Shown: piece after piece, positions 37,309 to 49,300 of the stretch
Position numbering within the stretch: the first letter of the stretch is position 1
Layout: each line of letters begins with the position of its first letter
DNA from: Monocercomonoides exilis PA203
Taxonomy: Eukaryota > Protista > Preaxostyla
Direction: 5' to 3'
DNA length: 64,000 bases
Assembly (NCBI GenBank): GCA_001643675.2
Contig: LSRY02000025.1
Span: 992,001-1,056,000 of the forward strand
The notes under the pieces: generated by a model
The model's input: only the letters and a program-made list of their open reading frames with translations
What the model was told of the DNA's origin: nothing
Database searches by the model: none
Translations under genes and position numbers: made by a program

Positions 37309-40261
37309 CTTTTTTTAAGTGACTGAAGTGATGACAAGAAGATGAATGAAGCTATTAAACATAATATAAATAAATATATCATTTCGAGAAAAATTAGAAA
37401 GGCTTATTGAAATGTTTCGTGTTGTTTGCCTTTTCATTAACTGTTTTAAATTATTTTATTTAACTTTTGAGTATATTCAATAATGATGCTCATTACTGTT
37501 CATCTGCAATTAAATAATGTTCAACCTCAATTCCATCATTCATTCAGAACCAACTGATGAGAGTTCTCGACAACAATATGTATTTATCTCTTGTCTCTTC
37601 AGCATCCTCCTCCTCTTCTTCTTCCCCTTCTTCTTTATTGACTGATCTGTCAATTTGACCGCTTAACGGAGCCATTTTTGCAAGAACACATGAAAAAATC
37701 AAATACTTTTTTCGCCCAGTTCTTCGCATGTTGAACGCATGTAGTTCTGTATTTGTGGTTGAAACAGACAATCAAAAAACAAGTGGATGCTTGGAGAAAT
37801 TTACTGATGCTGGAGACATCAACAGACCATCGCAGTCAGTTCGCATTGCTCCCGCCTGTTTCTTTAATTTTTCGGATAAAGAAGAAGAGCAAGATACCAG
37901 CGAAATGCGACGAATGCAGTCGAAAAGCAAGATAACTGCATTGTGTGTGGTGACTGGCCTGAGGATCCTTCCCTCTGCAGCTGTTGTGGATGTGCACCGC
38001 CACAACACGGAGAAGGCGATTCTGTGGAAAGAACTGTCTTTGAACCAGTTGAACCACACGTTTGCCCACGAGCTCACTCCAGCCGACGAGACATTCAACC
38101 GCAACGATGGGCTGCTCTTCACAGAGGCTGGCATGCGCCTGCTGCTGGATCTGTTGCATTTTCCTTTCAATTTAGGTACCAATCCGCTGCTATATAAAGA
38201 CACAGAGGTGTTTGTGTGTGTGTGCAAAGCAACATGAAAATATCCTATTGATTAGCAAACACACAATTTTGCAAATTTTAATGTGAGAGTGGAGTATTGA
38301 GTGGAGGAAGAAAATATGAGGAAGGGGATGATGCATCAGATGGGAGGGATGGGTCTGGGTGGAAATGGAGGTGGAGGAGCAAGTGGAGGAGAAGGAGGAG
38401 GACAAAATGATAACAATGGAGGAGATGGAAGTTGTGGAAATCAAGGAGAAAACAAATGAGAATGAATATGTCCCATTTCAATAGATCCACGCGAGGGACA
38501 TCTTGAAACCGGAGAAGAACGTGTGAATAGATTTTCATGTGACAGCCACAGCAAGTGTATTCATCAAGCTTCGTTCATCTGAAAGCATCTGGGAGGAGGG
38601 AAGCACGCGGTGAAGAAGATTGCATGCCAGATGCTAATTCAAATCAAAGCACGTGTTGGGTTTGAGAGCGAGCGAGAAGAAGAAGAAACGGAAATGCATT
38701 TACTGGAATAAATAACCCATCGGCGAGGTGGATGCACCAATGCAGTCGATCGTGATGCGGAACAAAGGTGGGACGAGCATCGACAACTGACTCGATCTGA
38801 CTGATGAAGAGCGGCTGAGTTTTTCCACATCTGAATATTCACTGTTTGAATAACTTTTCACGACAGGGATTGTGCAAGCGCATGAAATGTGGAAAACAAA
38901 TTGTTTCTTCCGTCCGCTGATGCAAAGAGGTTATTTGGAAAGGATTCCGATCAATCTGGGAAGCAGGTGCAGCTCGATGAGTGTGATGAACGCGAATGTT
39001 GGAATAGGAGGAGCAGTTTGAGGAGATGGGAATGTGAATGGAACGAATCATTCACCATCATCGAACAATGGAATAGTGATGGGAATTGGTGGAGCACAAG
39101 GAGGAGCACAAGGAGCAGCCGGAGGAGGAAGTGATGGAACAGAAGGAATAACTCACATGGAAACAGTTCTGCAAGCGCTGCTGGAAGGCGACGGTTTCAT
39201 CGCGAAGGAAGGAGCAGAGCCACTTGTGGATGAGAAAAAGACAGCAACTCCATGTTCCTCTTTCTCAACTTCCTGGCCAGTTATGCTTATTGTCACATGA
39301 GCGAATTGGCTTTGGGGGTGTGGCAGGTGGGAGCATCGAGCTGAGGCTGGTGTGTCTGGTGTGTCTGCGTGCGAGGATCACCCTGCATTGCAGAAGAGGG
39401 CGTGTGAGAAAGGAGAGAAGAGAGAAATTATATTAGATACAGAAGAGAGTCGTCCACTGATCAAGTCGGATGCTTCGATAATTTGGCCGATTGGAGGAAA
39501 GAGGACAAAAGGAGAGAAATGCGTATGTGTGTTGTTCAGTCGCATGTTCTTAAAGGCTGTTCAAGTTGAAGAAATTTCATTTCAATGAATTATCACTATC
39601 GTTATCTTCACATTTTCAATCTCAAATTGTTATTATCTTTTTCAAATGTGAATGAAGTCGGTGGTGAAATTACAAAAAAAGCGAAGCAGAAATGGATGAT
39701 TATTGGCATTAGGAGAAAAATGTGATCAAAAAGAGGATATATGTGTTTTGATTGTGATCGATGAATAATTATGTGAAAAAGAAAATAAAAGAAGATTTGT
39801 GAAATGAAACAAAGAAAAAATTAAAATTGTTTATTTATAGTTATTGTTTCATCTCGGATATTTCAAAAAGAAAATAAATAAATAATTGTTGATGTTCAAA
39901 CAATAATCAAACTTATTATTTTTATTTGTTCATCAGTTAAACAAATAATCTCTATTCAACACATCTGTGCAGTATTTAAAAATTTATATATCTCTCTTTT
40001 TTTTTATTATTATTTTCTCATTTCAGAATTTTTTATTTAGAAATAATTTTTTTTATTTCTATTTGTTATCAAAACTAATTTATTTTGATGGTTCGTTTCA
40101 TTTTTTTTGATTTATTTTGCATGAAAAAAAATATTTAATAATAAAAACGAACTTTTACAAAAAAATAAGTTAATCAATTCGAATTGAAAAAAAAAAAAAA
40201 TATATTCGAAGGTTTATTTTTTATTTCATTTTTTAAAAAAATAAAAAAAATTCCAATTCAC

Positions 40262-40700
40262 ATAGTTCAAAAACATCTGCATCATTTTATTTTTCCAAAT
40301 AAAAATAATCACAAAAATGATGACTAGCTCAAATGAGAAGTGTGATCAGTCACTAACAGATATATGAAAAAATGAGTATGATTAATCATTTCGATGCAGA
40401 TGATCAGTATTTGACAAAAACAAGAAGGAAAAATTTTGCAAGAGGGAAAGTTTTTAGAAAAAAAAGAAACATAATGATAGATCAAAATTTCGATCATTCT
40501 TTTTCTAATAACTTTCCCTCTTGCAAAATTTTTCCTTCTTGTTTTTGGCAAATACTGATCATCTGCATCGAAATGATTAATCATACTCATTTTTTCATAT
40601 ATCTGTTAGTGACTGATCACACTTCTCATTTGAGCTTGTCATCATTTTTGTGATTATTTTTATTTGGAAAAATAAAATGATGCAGATGTTTTTGAACTAT
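40262..40700. repeat. Long imperfect palindrome: ~200-bp arms, ~35-40-nt spacer, about 3 mismatches
   Basis: atagttcaaaaacatctgca...tgcagatgtttttgaactat; mirror ORFs 40324- and 40372+ in the track. Confidence 0.93.
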
Positions 40701-40827
40701 ATAAAGTTATTAGTCATTTTCGAAAAAATATTTATTTCTAAAAAAACAAAAAATAAAGAAAAATCCCGAGTTGTCATTTTTTTATTAATTGATAATAATT
40801 CCATAATAAATTGTAATAATCACTAAA

Positions 40828-43800
40828 ATGTCATTTTCAAAACAGGAGCCAACTCTAAATTCACGATGCAACGTTCTATGGAAAGAAATACAACGCATCG
40901 GTGGAGATGACGTTGATTCATTGCTCGTCTATTTGTTTTACAACTACAGAAAATCATCTTCAGTAATTAATGATTTACTGAAGTCCTTGAATGGTTTGGA
41001 CTTCAAAATTTTTTGATTGTTAATAACTTTAATTTATCTATTATTATATTCATTTATTATTAATATTTATTTTTTTGTTATTTAAAAAACTTAGAATATT
41101 ACGAAATACTTCTGAAAGATCTCTCAGTTGTGTACAAGTACGCACAATTACACACGCAAACGATGATCCTACAAGCACTGACGCGCAACGCATCATTATC
41201 TGAGCTTCTGGACTATGGATTTGACATTACTGAAGGAAAGTATAATTATGCAAAACAAACTCTTACAAAAAACCAAGGATTTTTAATACCAGCACAATTG
41301 CCTCACCCACCATCATGTAAAAGTGGTTTGTATTAAATTTTATAATGATTTCTTTTTTTACTGTTTTTTTATTTTTTCAATTATTTTTTTTATTTTTTTT
41401 TTAAGGTCTTAATGAACAAGATTGGGAAAAGGGCAACAATTGGATGTTGGCCCATTCCACAGAAGCATCAACGTCATTGCAATCAGCCAAGAAAAAACCA
41501 AAAAAGGTTCCAGATTACGCACAGTTCATAGAGGAATCTGCATGGGATGATATTATTATTACAGAAAAAAATAATTCAAACAAAAAACAATCTTCGTCAT
41601 CGAAAAAAACAAATCAAAGCAGCAACAATGCCAATGTCATTCCATCTGTGAAACCTTCTTCTACAAATAATACACCTTCTCAAACAGTAAACAATCCAAT
41701 CAGCACTCCACTTCGTGCTGAAAGAAAGACAATAAGAATTAAACAAAAAAATTCATTTCATCATCGTCATTCTTCTCCATCACTGATTCCTATTCACAAA
41801 CTTTACAAAGAAAAAACTTCATCATCATTTTCATCATCCTCATCTTCATCATCTTCATCTTCTTCTTCATCATCATCGTCTTCTTCATCATCATCATCAT
41901 CATCATCCTCATCATCCTCATCATCATCATCAATTAGAAAGAAAAAGAAAGAAATAGATAATACTCCTCCAACAGACAAAGTTTCATCATCCTTTAGCAA
42001 CGAAAATATGTGGATTAGTGGTCAATTGATTGAATATGCCACTTCTCCCACTCTTATTCCTCCACAGGCATTTCAAAATCTTCTCTCAACATTTCCAAAA
42101 AATAATGACATTTCAATTACTCCATCACAATCACCTCAATCAAATCAAAACGAATTAACAAACAATAATAGATCATTAAAAAACATTTCAAATAACAACA
42201 CAATGAATCTTCATCCTTCTAATCCGTTAACATCTCCATTTCCTTCATCACATTCACAAAACTTAACAAACATAACAAACACTAGTTTTAAAGGATTAAT
42301 CAATTTAGGCAACACATGTTATCTTGCCTCTCTTCTTCAGTGTTTTTCTTCAATCACTTCACAAAAACCATCAATCATTTCAAAAACACGCTCAAAACAA
42401 ACATTATCATTTCAAATGATGAGTATTTGCAATCAAATCCTCAAAGATGGGAAAAAAGTACATTCATGGATCCCATCAATTGTTAGCAAATGGGAAAATT
42501 TTTGCAGATACGGAAGCAAACAGCAGCAGAATGTGTCAGAGGCATTCGATAATCTTCATAGACTTTTCGAAAAAGATGGATTGATAAAGAAAGATTGCTT
42601 CTGTCCTATTTTGATTTCTCATTTCAAATGTTTTAAATGTCAAAAACTCACATCACACATCGACAACATCAACAATAGCATAATCATCAATTCTTCATCT
42701 ACTCACAATGGTTTATCTTCTTTGTTTTCAACTGAAATACTAGATAGAAAAAATTGTGTATATTGTGAAGAGTGCAAAGAAAAATGCTGCACTGCAAGGT
42801 GGGAAGAAATGATTTCATTTCCAGACGTACTTGCCCTCTCCCATGAATATACTGATCCTGCAAGTTCTCCACCTTCTCGAACGCTTCTTATCGAGACTGA
42901 TATGTCGAACAAACGTTCATTTTGCAAAGGATATGCAAATGAAAAAGATTCAACATTTCACAACAATAAAGAAACAACATTCTATCATTTCATTGGTCAA
43001 GTTCTTCACAAACAGTTTGATAACAGTAATGGTCATTACATTGCTGTTGTGGAAAGAAAGAAAGGAATTAGAAAGATGTGGATCACCTGTAACGATGATG
43101 ATATTAAACAATTTGATAGTGACAATTGGACTAAGACTTGGAAAGAACTTTACGCACAGGGTTACACTCCTTCACTTTCATTCTACGTAAAAGAAAACTC
43201 ACTATCTACGCATCCAACTATTCAATTTGGTGGTTCCTCTATTTCTTCCTCCTCTTCTCAATCTTTAAATATCAACAACACAAACACAGACACAACTCCA
43301 TCATCATCGTTTATCACACCACCACATCATTCTTCTTCCATTCCACAACTTTCTTCATCAATAACAACTAACTATGGATTGGAAGCACTAAAAGAAAGAA
43401 GAAAGAAAACGGGCATCTTTTCTCCCAATGAAAAGAGATTAATCTTCAAGCCCAAGACTAAATTATGGAAAGAGTTTACAGATGAAACAAACATCAAAGT
43501 TTCTTTGTCACACTTTTACAAACTCACAACCAACTTCTCCAAAGCAAAAAGGCGCACAGACCTCTGCGGCATGTGTGAGAAGTTGAACTATCTTGAGAAC
43601 AAATTAAAGTCATCTCAAAACAAAAATGGACTTTCTTCTACCGAGTTTCATACACTCAAACTTCTTCGACAACATCGTCTTGTTGCAGAAATGCAACGCA
43701 AACACTATCAATCAACTGTTGATAATTTGAAAGAGGGAGAAGCAGTCTTCGTCTTCGACTTCAAAGAGAAATGGAAACTCCCCATCAGAAAAAATCAACT

Positions 43801-44674
43801 TCAACAGGAATTCTTCGACTATCAACAAGTCTCTCAATTTTCAATCATCTCTCTTCAAAAAATTAATAATCAACTTGTTTAACGAACATTCAACTTCTTC
43901 TCCGACTGCCTCTCAAATGATCACAGATTTGTTATTGAGTGTCTGGAATCTGTGATCAAAAGACACTTCTTCACAGACACTCACACTTTTAAGTTCTTCT
44001 GCGATTCAGGTCCACACAACAGAAATCGCTTCCTTCTTCACTTCATCCTCTCCAAACAATCAAAACTTCTTAAAAAGAAAAACACTCAACTCAATTTTTT
44101 CGCTGAGCACCACGGAAAGAATATATGTGATAGTGAATTTGGTGCATTAGTTAATTCAATCGACAACAATCTATCAACTGAACACATCACTACACTTCAT
44201 GACTTAATCAACTTCTTCGAAAACAATATGAATGTTTCAACATCTGTTTCATCATCTTCACAATTGAATATTTTTGAATCATCCTCATCAAACAACTCCC
44301 CATCGTCAACATCTATCAAGGAGTGTGTGCATGAGAGGTACTTTGAAGAGTATGTACCATCTCAGCAAATTTCATGGCCATCACTGTCAGTCCCTCACAT
44401 GAAGGACTATTTATACTTTGAGCGCAAGGGCTCATTTGTCTGCGCATCTGCTGATGGATATCTTCCTCAACGCTCTCTGGTTGCCCTCGAATTTTCGACA
44501 ATGAAAGAAAAGGTTCAACGTTCAAGAAAGTCATTTCACTCTGATATCACATCATCTAACTCTTCTCTTCTTTCTCAATCTTCTCAAGATCTTCTTTCAA
44601 GAAGATTTGAGCTTCTTCTTAACTCTTCATCTTTAAATGAATCTCAAAATTGTATTAATAGTGTCCCTTTTTAA
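40828..44674 (+). CDS. Sola-like DDD transposase with an inserted USP (peptidase C19) domain; predicted exons 40828-40993, 41095-41325, 41406-44674 (~1220 aa); one in-frame TAA at 43880-43882
   Basis: USP: GLINLGNTCYLASLLQCF, QQQNVSEAF, two CxxC pairs, VLH...NGHYIAVV, WITCNDD. Transposase: VSLSHFYKL, KRRTDLCGMCE...H, VFVFDFKEKW, FFCDSGPHNRN, FFAEHHGKNICDSEFG. ORFs 41444 and 43952 share a frame, and both GT-AG introns preserve frame. Confidence 0.8.
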
Positions 44675-44678
44675 GAAA

Positions 44679-44816
44679 CTAGTTGTTGTGTATGCTTAGC
44701 TAGCACTCTATCGGAAGGGTGCTGGACATGACTGTTCGTATTAGATATTGCAGCCCGAAGGCGGCAATATCCGGACCTGGATACGACGAACAGCCTCCCA
44801 GGTACACAATAGTTAG
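44679..44816 (+). ncRNA. Unassigned structured RNA element (multi-stem junction plus pseudoknot) directly after the transposase stop
   Basis: P1 44679-92/44803-16 (14 bp, 3 G-U); P2 44700-09/44716-25 (10 bp, 2 G-U); P3 44732-39/44786-93; P4 44744-55/44760-71; crossing pair acctgg 44775-80 / ccaggt 44798-803. Confidence 0.6.
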
Positions 44817-45619
44817 AATCCGATTGTTTTCTTACTGTTTCTGTCCCTATAATGTCCCTATTTGCACTTGGTAATAGTCCCGAAATTTATTTATGTATAT
44901 CTTAATAGCGATTCATTTTTTGATGGGTGTTGTGAAGAGTTTCAATGATTTTTGGATTGGATTTCAGGAAAGGAGAATAGCTGAGAGTGTGAAGTGATGT
45001 TTCATCACTGTGTCTGCCTTTTTTCTCTGTTGAATTTGATCTTTTTGAGTTTGGACAAGAGTTATATCAGAAAGGGTGGAGCGGGTGGAAAACAAAGGAT
45101 TAACAGTCAAGTTTGTTTTTGTACCAAAAGTATTTGTATTTTTTTGTGTTTTGAATTGACTATGATACCATGTATTTGTTGATATTGCAATGCTTTTTAT
45201 TGAATCTTTTATTGTTCATATCAATTGATATTGAATTGACTGTCGGGAAATGTCTTAATGATGATATAGTAAAAATATATTCCTTTGAGAGTGATGCAAC
45301 ATAAAAAGATACTTATATGTTGCTTTCTATATTTCTGATGATTAATACAATGAAGTGCTGTTGTTATTTGTGTGTTATTTTGTTTTATGATTGTTATCGA
45401 ATTAACAATGAATTTATTTTTATGTTTTTCTCATCACTGAATATTCATCAACCGTTGTAGTTACTCAACAATGAAGATATTGATATCAAAACATTTATAT
45501 ATTGAATAGAACAATAATTATAAACATGTTCATTCAAAAACAAAACATTTTTAAGTGTTTAATTTTTCAAAGATATTTTTCTCATTTGAAATGAAAATTC
45601 AATGAAAAATAAAAAAACA

Positions 45620-46320
45620 TATTTTCACCTTTATTCAAACATTAAAAAAATCAAAACCAATTTCTGATGAAATGTTTGCATTAATAAAGCAATAATATTC
45701 ACAAATTAAATGAAACAAAAATAAAAAATTTTGAAAAATTTTTGAAATTTTTGATCATAAAAAATACAAATTATTATTAATGGCGCCATTAAGAATACCA
45801 TGATCTATTTTGCTCAATGTGAATAAATAACAATAATAAACATGTCTGATGCTTTTTTTGAAAATCTGTTAGTGGAAAAAGTTGGTAATAATTTGTTTTT
45901 TAACATATTTTTTATTTGGGATGAAGTGTTGTGTGAAATGAATTGTTTCCCATGCACTGTCTTCGAAGATTTTTCTTATTTTTTTTCAGTCATTCTATAT
46001 ATTTAATATGTGAGGACGTCTGACTTGTAATGACAAAGCTGTATAAAAGGTTTGTTACAAATCGTTGTTGTTTTTCACAAATACAAAATTTTTGACCTAT
46101 TTATTTAGAAACTGGTAATTTTGTTTGGCACATAGACAATTTTTGATGAAACAAACAGAAAGACTATTCAATGTGACTATATTAATTCTTGTTCATTTTT
46201 GACAAAGTATGTTTTTATTATCAATTTGCAAAATACTCAAAAATCAATTATTGTATTGCTGTTTATGTGTGATTTGAAATTATTATCAAATTATCAATAT
46301 TTCACTTCATTAGGAAGTGT
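45620..46320. repeat. Long repeat R' (inverted relative to L)
   Basis: Near-identical to R and to the reverse complement of L, with a few substitutions near 46070-46090. Confidence 0.92.
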
Positions 46321-49300
46321 ATCTGAAATATGAAATGTCACAGAACAAAATCATTGTGTGAAAGATTGGAAAGTGAAGAAAAGAACTTTATAAAGTATTG
46401 GATAAGCTCCACAGACAAAACAAGAAAGAAAAAGAGGAGGAGGGAGTGGAAAAATACATGGGAAATAAGGATAATGCTGAACTGAAAGCTGTGATAGAAG
46501 GAAGCTTAGAGAAACTAAATGATGATGAGCAAGATGATTATTTCGAGAAAATGGTGAGAGAAAATGAGGAAAGAGTTCTATAAGGAGCAGAGGCAGAAAG
46601 CGCAAGAGAGCAAAGGAGAAGGATGAAATGAGGAGGGGATAATGAGAAGGGAATATTATTCATAGGTTGGAATATATAAAGAATGAAAAAAAGCCGAAGT
46701 TTCAATTCAATGATTTCGAGTTGAAAGACAATGAAAGAAAGCAGCAACAATTAAAAAAAGTGTATAATGACAATCCATTGGACGACCTTGTGGAAGAGCG
46801 TGAAAAGGAATGAGCATCAGCGTGTGGAGGCAGCTTGGTTCAACCGGAAGACAAACATCATCCCGATTTCCACTGAGAAACAAATAAAGATGAAGCTGAA
46901 ATCGATTGAAGCAGCGCAGAGCAGGAAATGGAAAAGGAGAGAAAAGATCAGTGTGCATGGGGAAAAGAAGCTGGAGGAGAGGAGAGGTATTCTTATCAGC
47001 TCAGAAAGCAATGAAAGAGGAATTGGAAGTGAAAAAAAATTGAACACGAGGGTTCTTTATAAACAGAGAAAGATGGTATTTCAAATAGAAAAGTCGATAG
47101 AGTGATGCATTTGGAGTCATTTGATTAAGTCAGAACATCTCTTGTTATTCATTCCTGCTGAAATGGCTGTTATATGGAAAATTAGTGGAACACAAAGACT
47201 ATTTTGGTTTCATTCCACAATGAAGATAAGCAGAGGTGGGAAATGCGAATTCAATGAAAATGTGCTAAAGAGGAGATGGACTATTTTCTGTGGAGTGAGA
47301 ATGGAACGAAGAGAGAAGGAAAAGCGAGCAGAGTGTTTTGAACTGAAGTGAGTCTGAAGTGTCGAAATCAGCTTCGTTGAAAGGCAGGCATGCTCGTTAC
47401 ACGTATTCAGTGATTTCATCATCATCTTCTTTTTATTCCAGAGCAACAAAACATTTTTCAGTGATCCAAAGGAAAAGACAAAATGACAGCGAAAAGGAAG
47501 AAATGCAGCAAGGATGACATGGTTCTGTTCCAAGAAGACGAAGATTATTCCTTCGGATCAAAGAACACAATTGCAAACAAAGCATTAACCTCATCTATTT
47601 ATCAATCACAGGCATCTGCTTCATCTTCCCCTCAGATTTCTTCGTTGATTTCTTTACAAAGTTCCAGCAAACACACAAAGGCTCCACAAAGCAGCATTCA
47701 TGCTTCATTGGAAGGGATGAAGAGGAGGAAAGAGGAGAAAAAGAATACAGTTTTTCTTTCGCCAAATTCGTTGCTGACACCAGAAAGAATACTGATTCTG
47801 ATATCTATATGTCACATTGCGCTTTTTGATGACAAGTGGTTAGCGGAGAAAGTGAAAGATGGAATGAAGTGAAAGGAGCAATGAACGAAGGCGAGAATGA
47901 AATTTGACGAAAGATTGAGGCGAATAAAAGAAAAGAAGCTGAGAGAAGAAAGAGAAAGAGAAGCAGAAAGAATTATAAGCTTGCCTTTTAATCAGCAAAA
48001 TGCTATTAACACAACGTTAAATGGACCAAATCAGACTCTTCAGTCAACGCTCCAATCAACTAGATCAGCATCCTTCTCTTCTTCTCCTTCCTCCTCTTCT
48101 TTATCATCATCATAACCTTCTTCTCTATCCTCACAAATTCCATCTGATTTCTATCACATTGATAATGCTTTTCCTTCTTCATCATTATCACTTTCACTTC
48201 CTTTTTCAAAGTTATCTATATCTCCATCTTCCACATATACCCCAACTTTCACCAATTAAATATTGCATCCCGTTCCTTCTTCGTCAATGTGCTTTCCTGA
48301 GCCAAAATTGTCGGCTATTCCAAGCCGCATCGAACGAGTTGAATTGGAGAAAGCGATTCAGACGAAGATGAGAAGATGGAGAAGGAAAAAGCAGAGAAGG
48401 AGACAAAGAAGCCGCTGGAGGAAGAGAATAAGAACTTTGAGAAAAAACGTGAAAAGCTCGAAGACGAGCAGAAGAAGGCGCTGGAGCAGGCTGAGAAGAA
48501 GCTGGAGGCATTTGCCTCGTATCTGAAGAAGAAGAAAATTGAGAGAAGCGAATCGAATTTCAAAAGTGGAGCGAAGCAGAGGAATGTGTGGATGAGGGAG
48601 AATACAGAATCGCATTTTTTTGTTGTGTAATGAAGATGCTGTTAATTTGAGATGATCTTTCTTTTGATCGGCAGGCTGTTCAATTTGAAAGCTTCGCAGA
48701 TGTGTTTAACAATAAAAGCACATTTTCAACTGCAGAAAAAGGAGAAGATGACAATTCGGAAAACTTATCTTTTTTGAAAGAACAACAAAAGAAGAAGATG
48801 AAGAAAAGAGTTGTATTTCAAAAGAACTGAAACATTTAGAGAAAATGCCAAGTTAAAGTGCGAATTTGTTTTTCATTATTCAATTTGCTAGCTTCTTCTT
48901 CTTCGTCTTTTTCTTCTTGCGCTGAAAAAACATATCACACACCTTCATTGTCATCATCACTCACTAAAAATGATTGAGTTTCTTTATTTTTCGCATGTGT
49001 TCAAGAAATAATAATTGAAATATAGATGATGGTCATTTCTGAAGAAATGAAACAGATAATAATGCGAAAAAGATTTATAAGTTAATGATGAGTATTAAGA
49101 GAAAGAGACGAAAAGAGTTGTTTTTACAATGAATGATGAATGGAAATCGGATTGAAAAAAATTGAAGAGATAAAAAAGAAAGAAGTTAACTGGAAAATGG
49201 GAGAAGCTGGAACAGAAGACGAAGAAGAGCCAGAACGTAATACTACTACTGAGAAAGGTGCAATTGTTATTTATTTGAATCATTCTGTCTGTGGATTTTT

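Noticed and set aside
44679-44816. HDV-like ribozyme on the minus strand (UUCG-capped hairpin followed by CUAA, nested pairings)
   Set aside because: Only 5 nt separate the candidate P2 5' and P1 3' strands, too few for P3-L3-P3, and the G-U pattern favours the + strand. No hammerhead, twister or pistol core was found either.
44675-45620. Fanzor/TnpB nuclease with omegaRNA
   Set aside because: No ORF with RuvC or zinc-finger motifs near the structured RNA on either strand.
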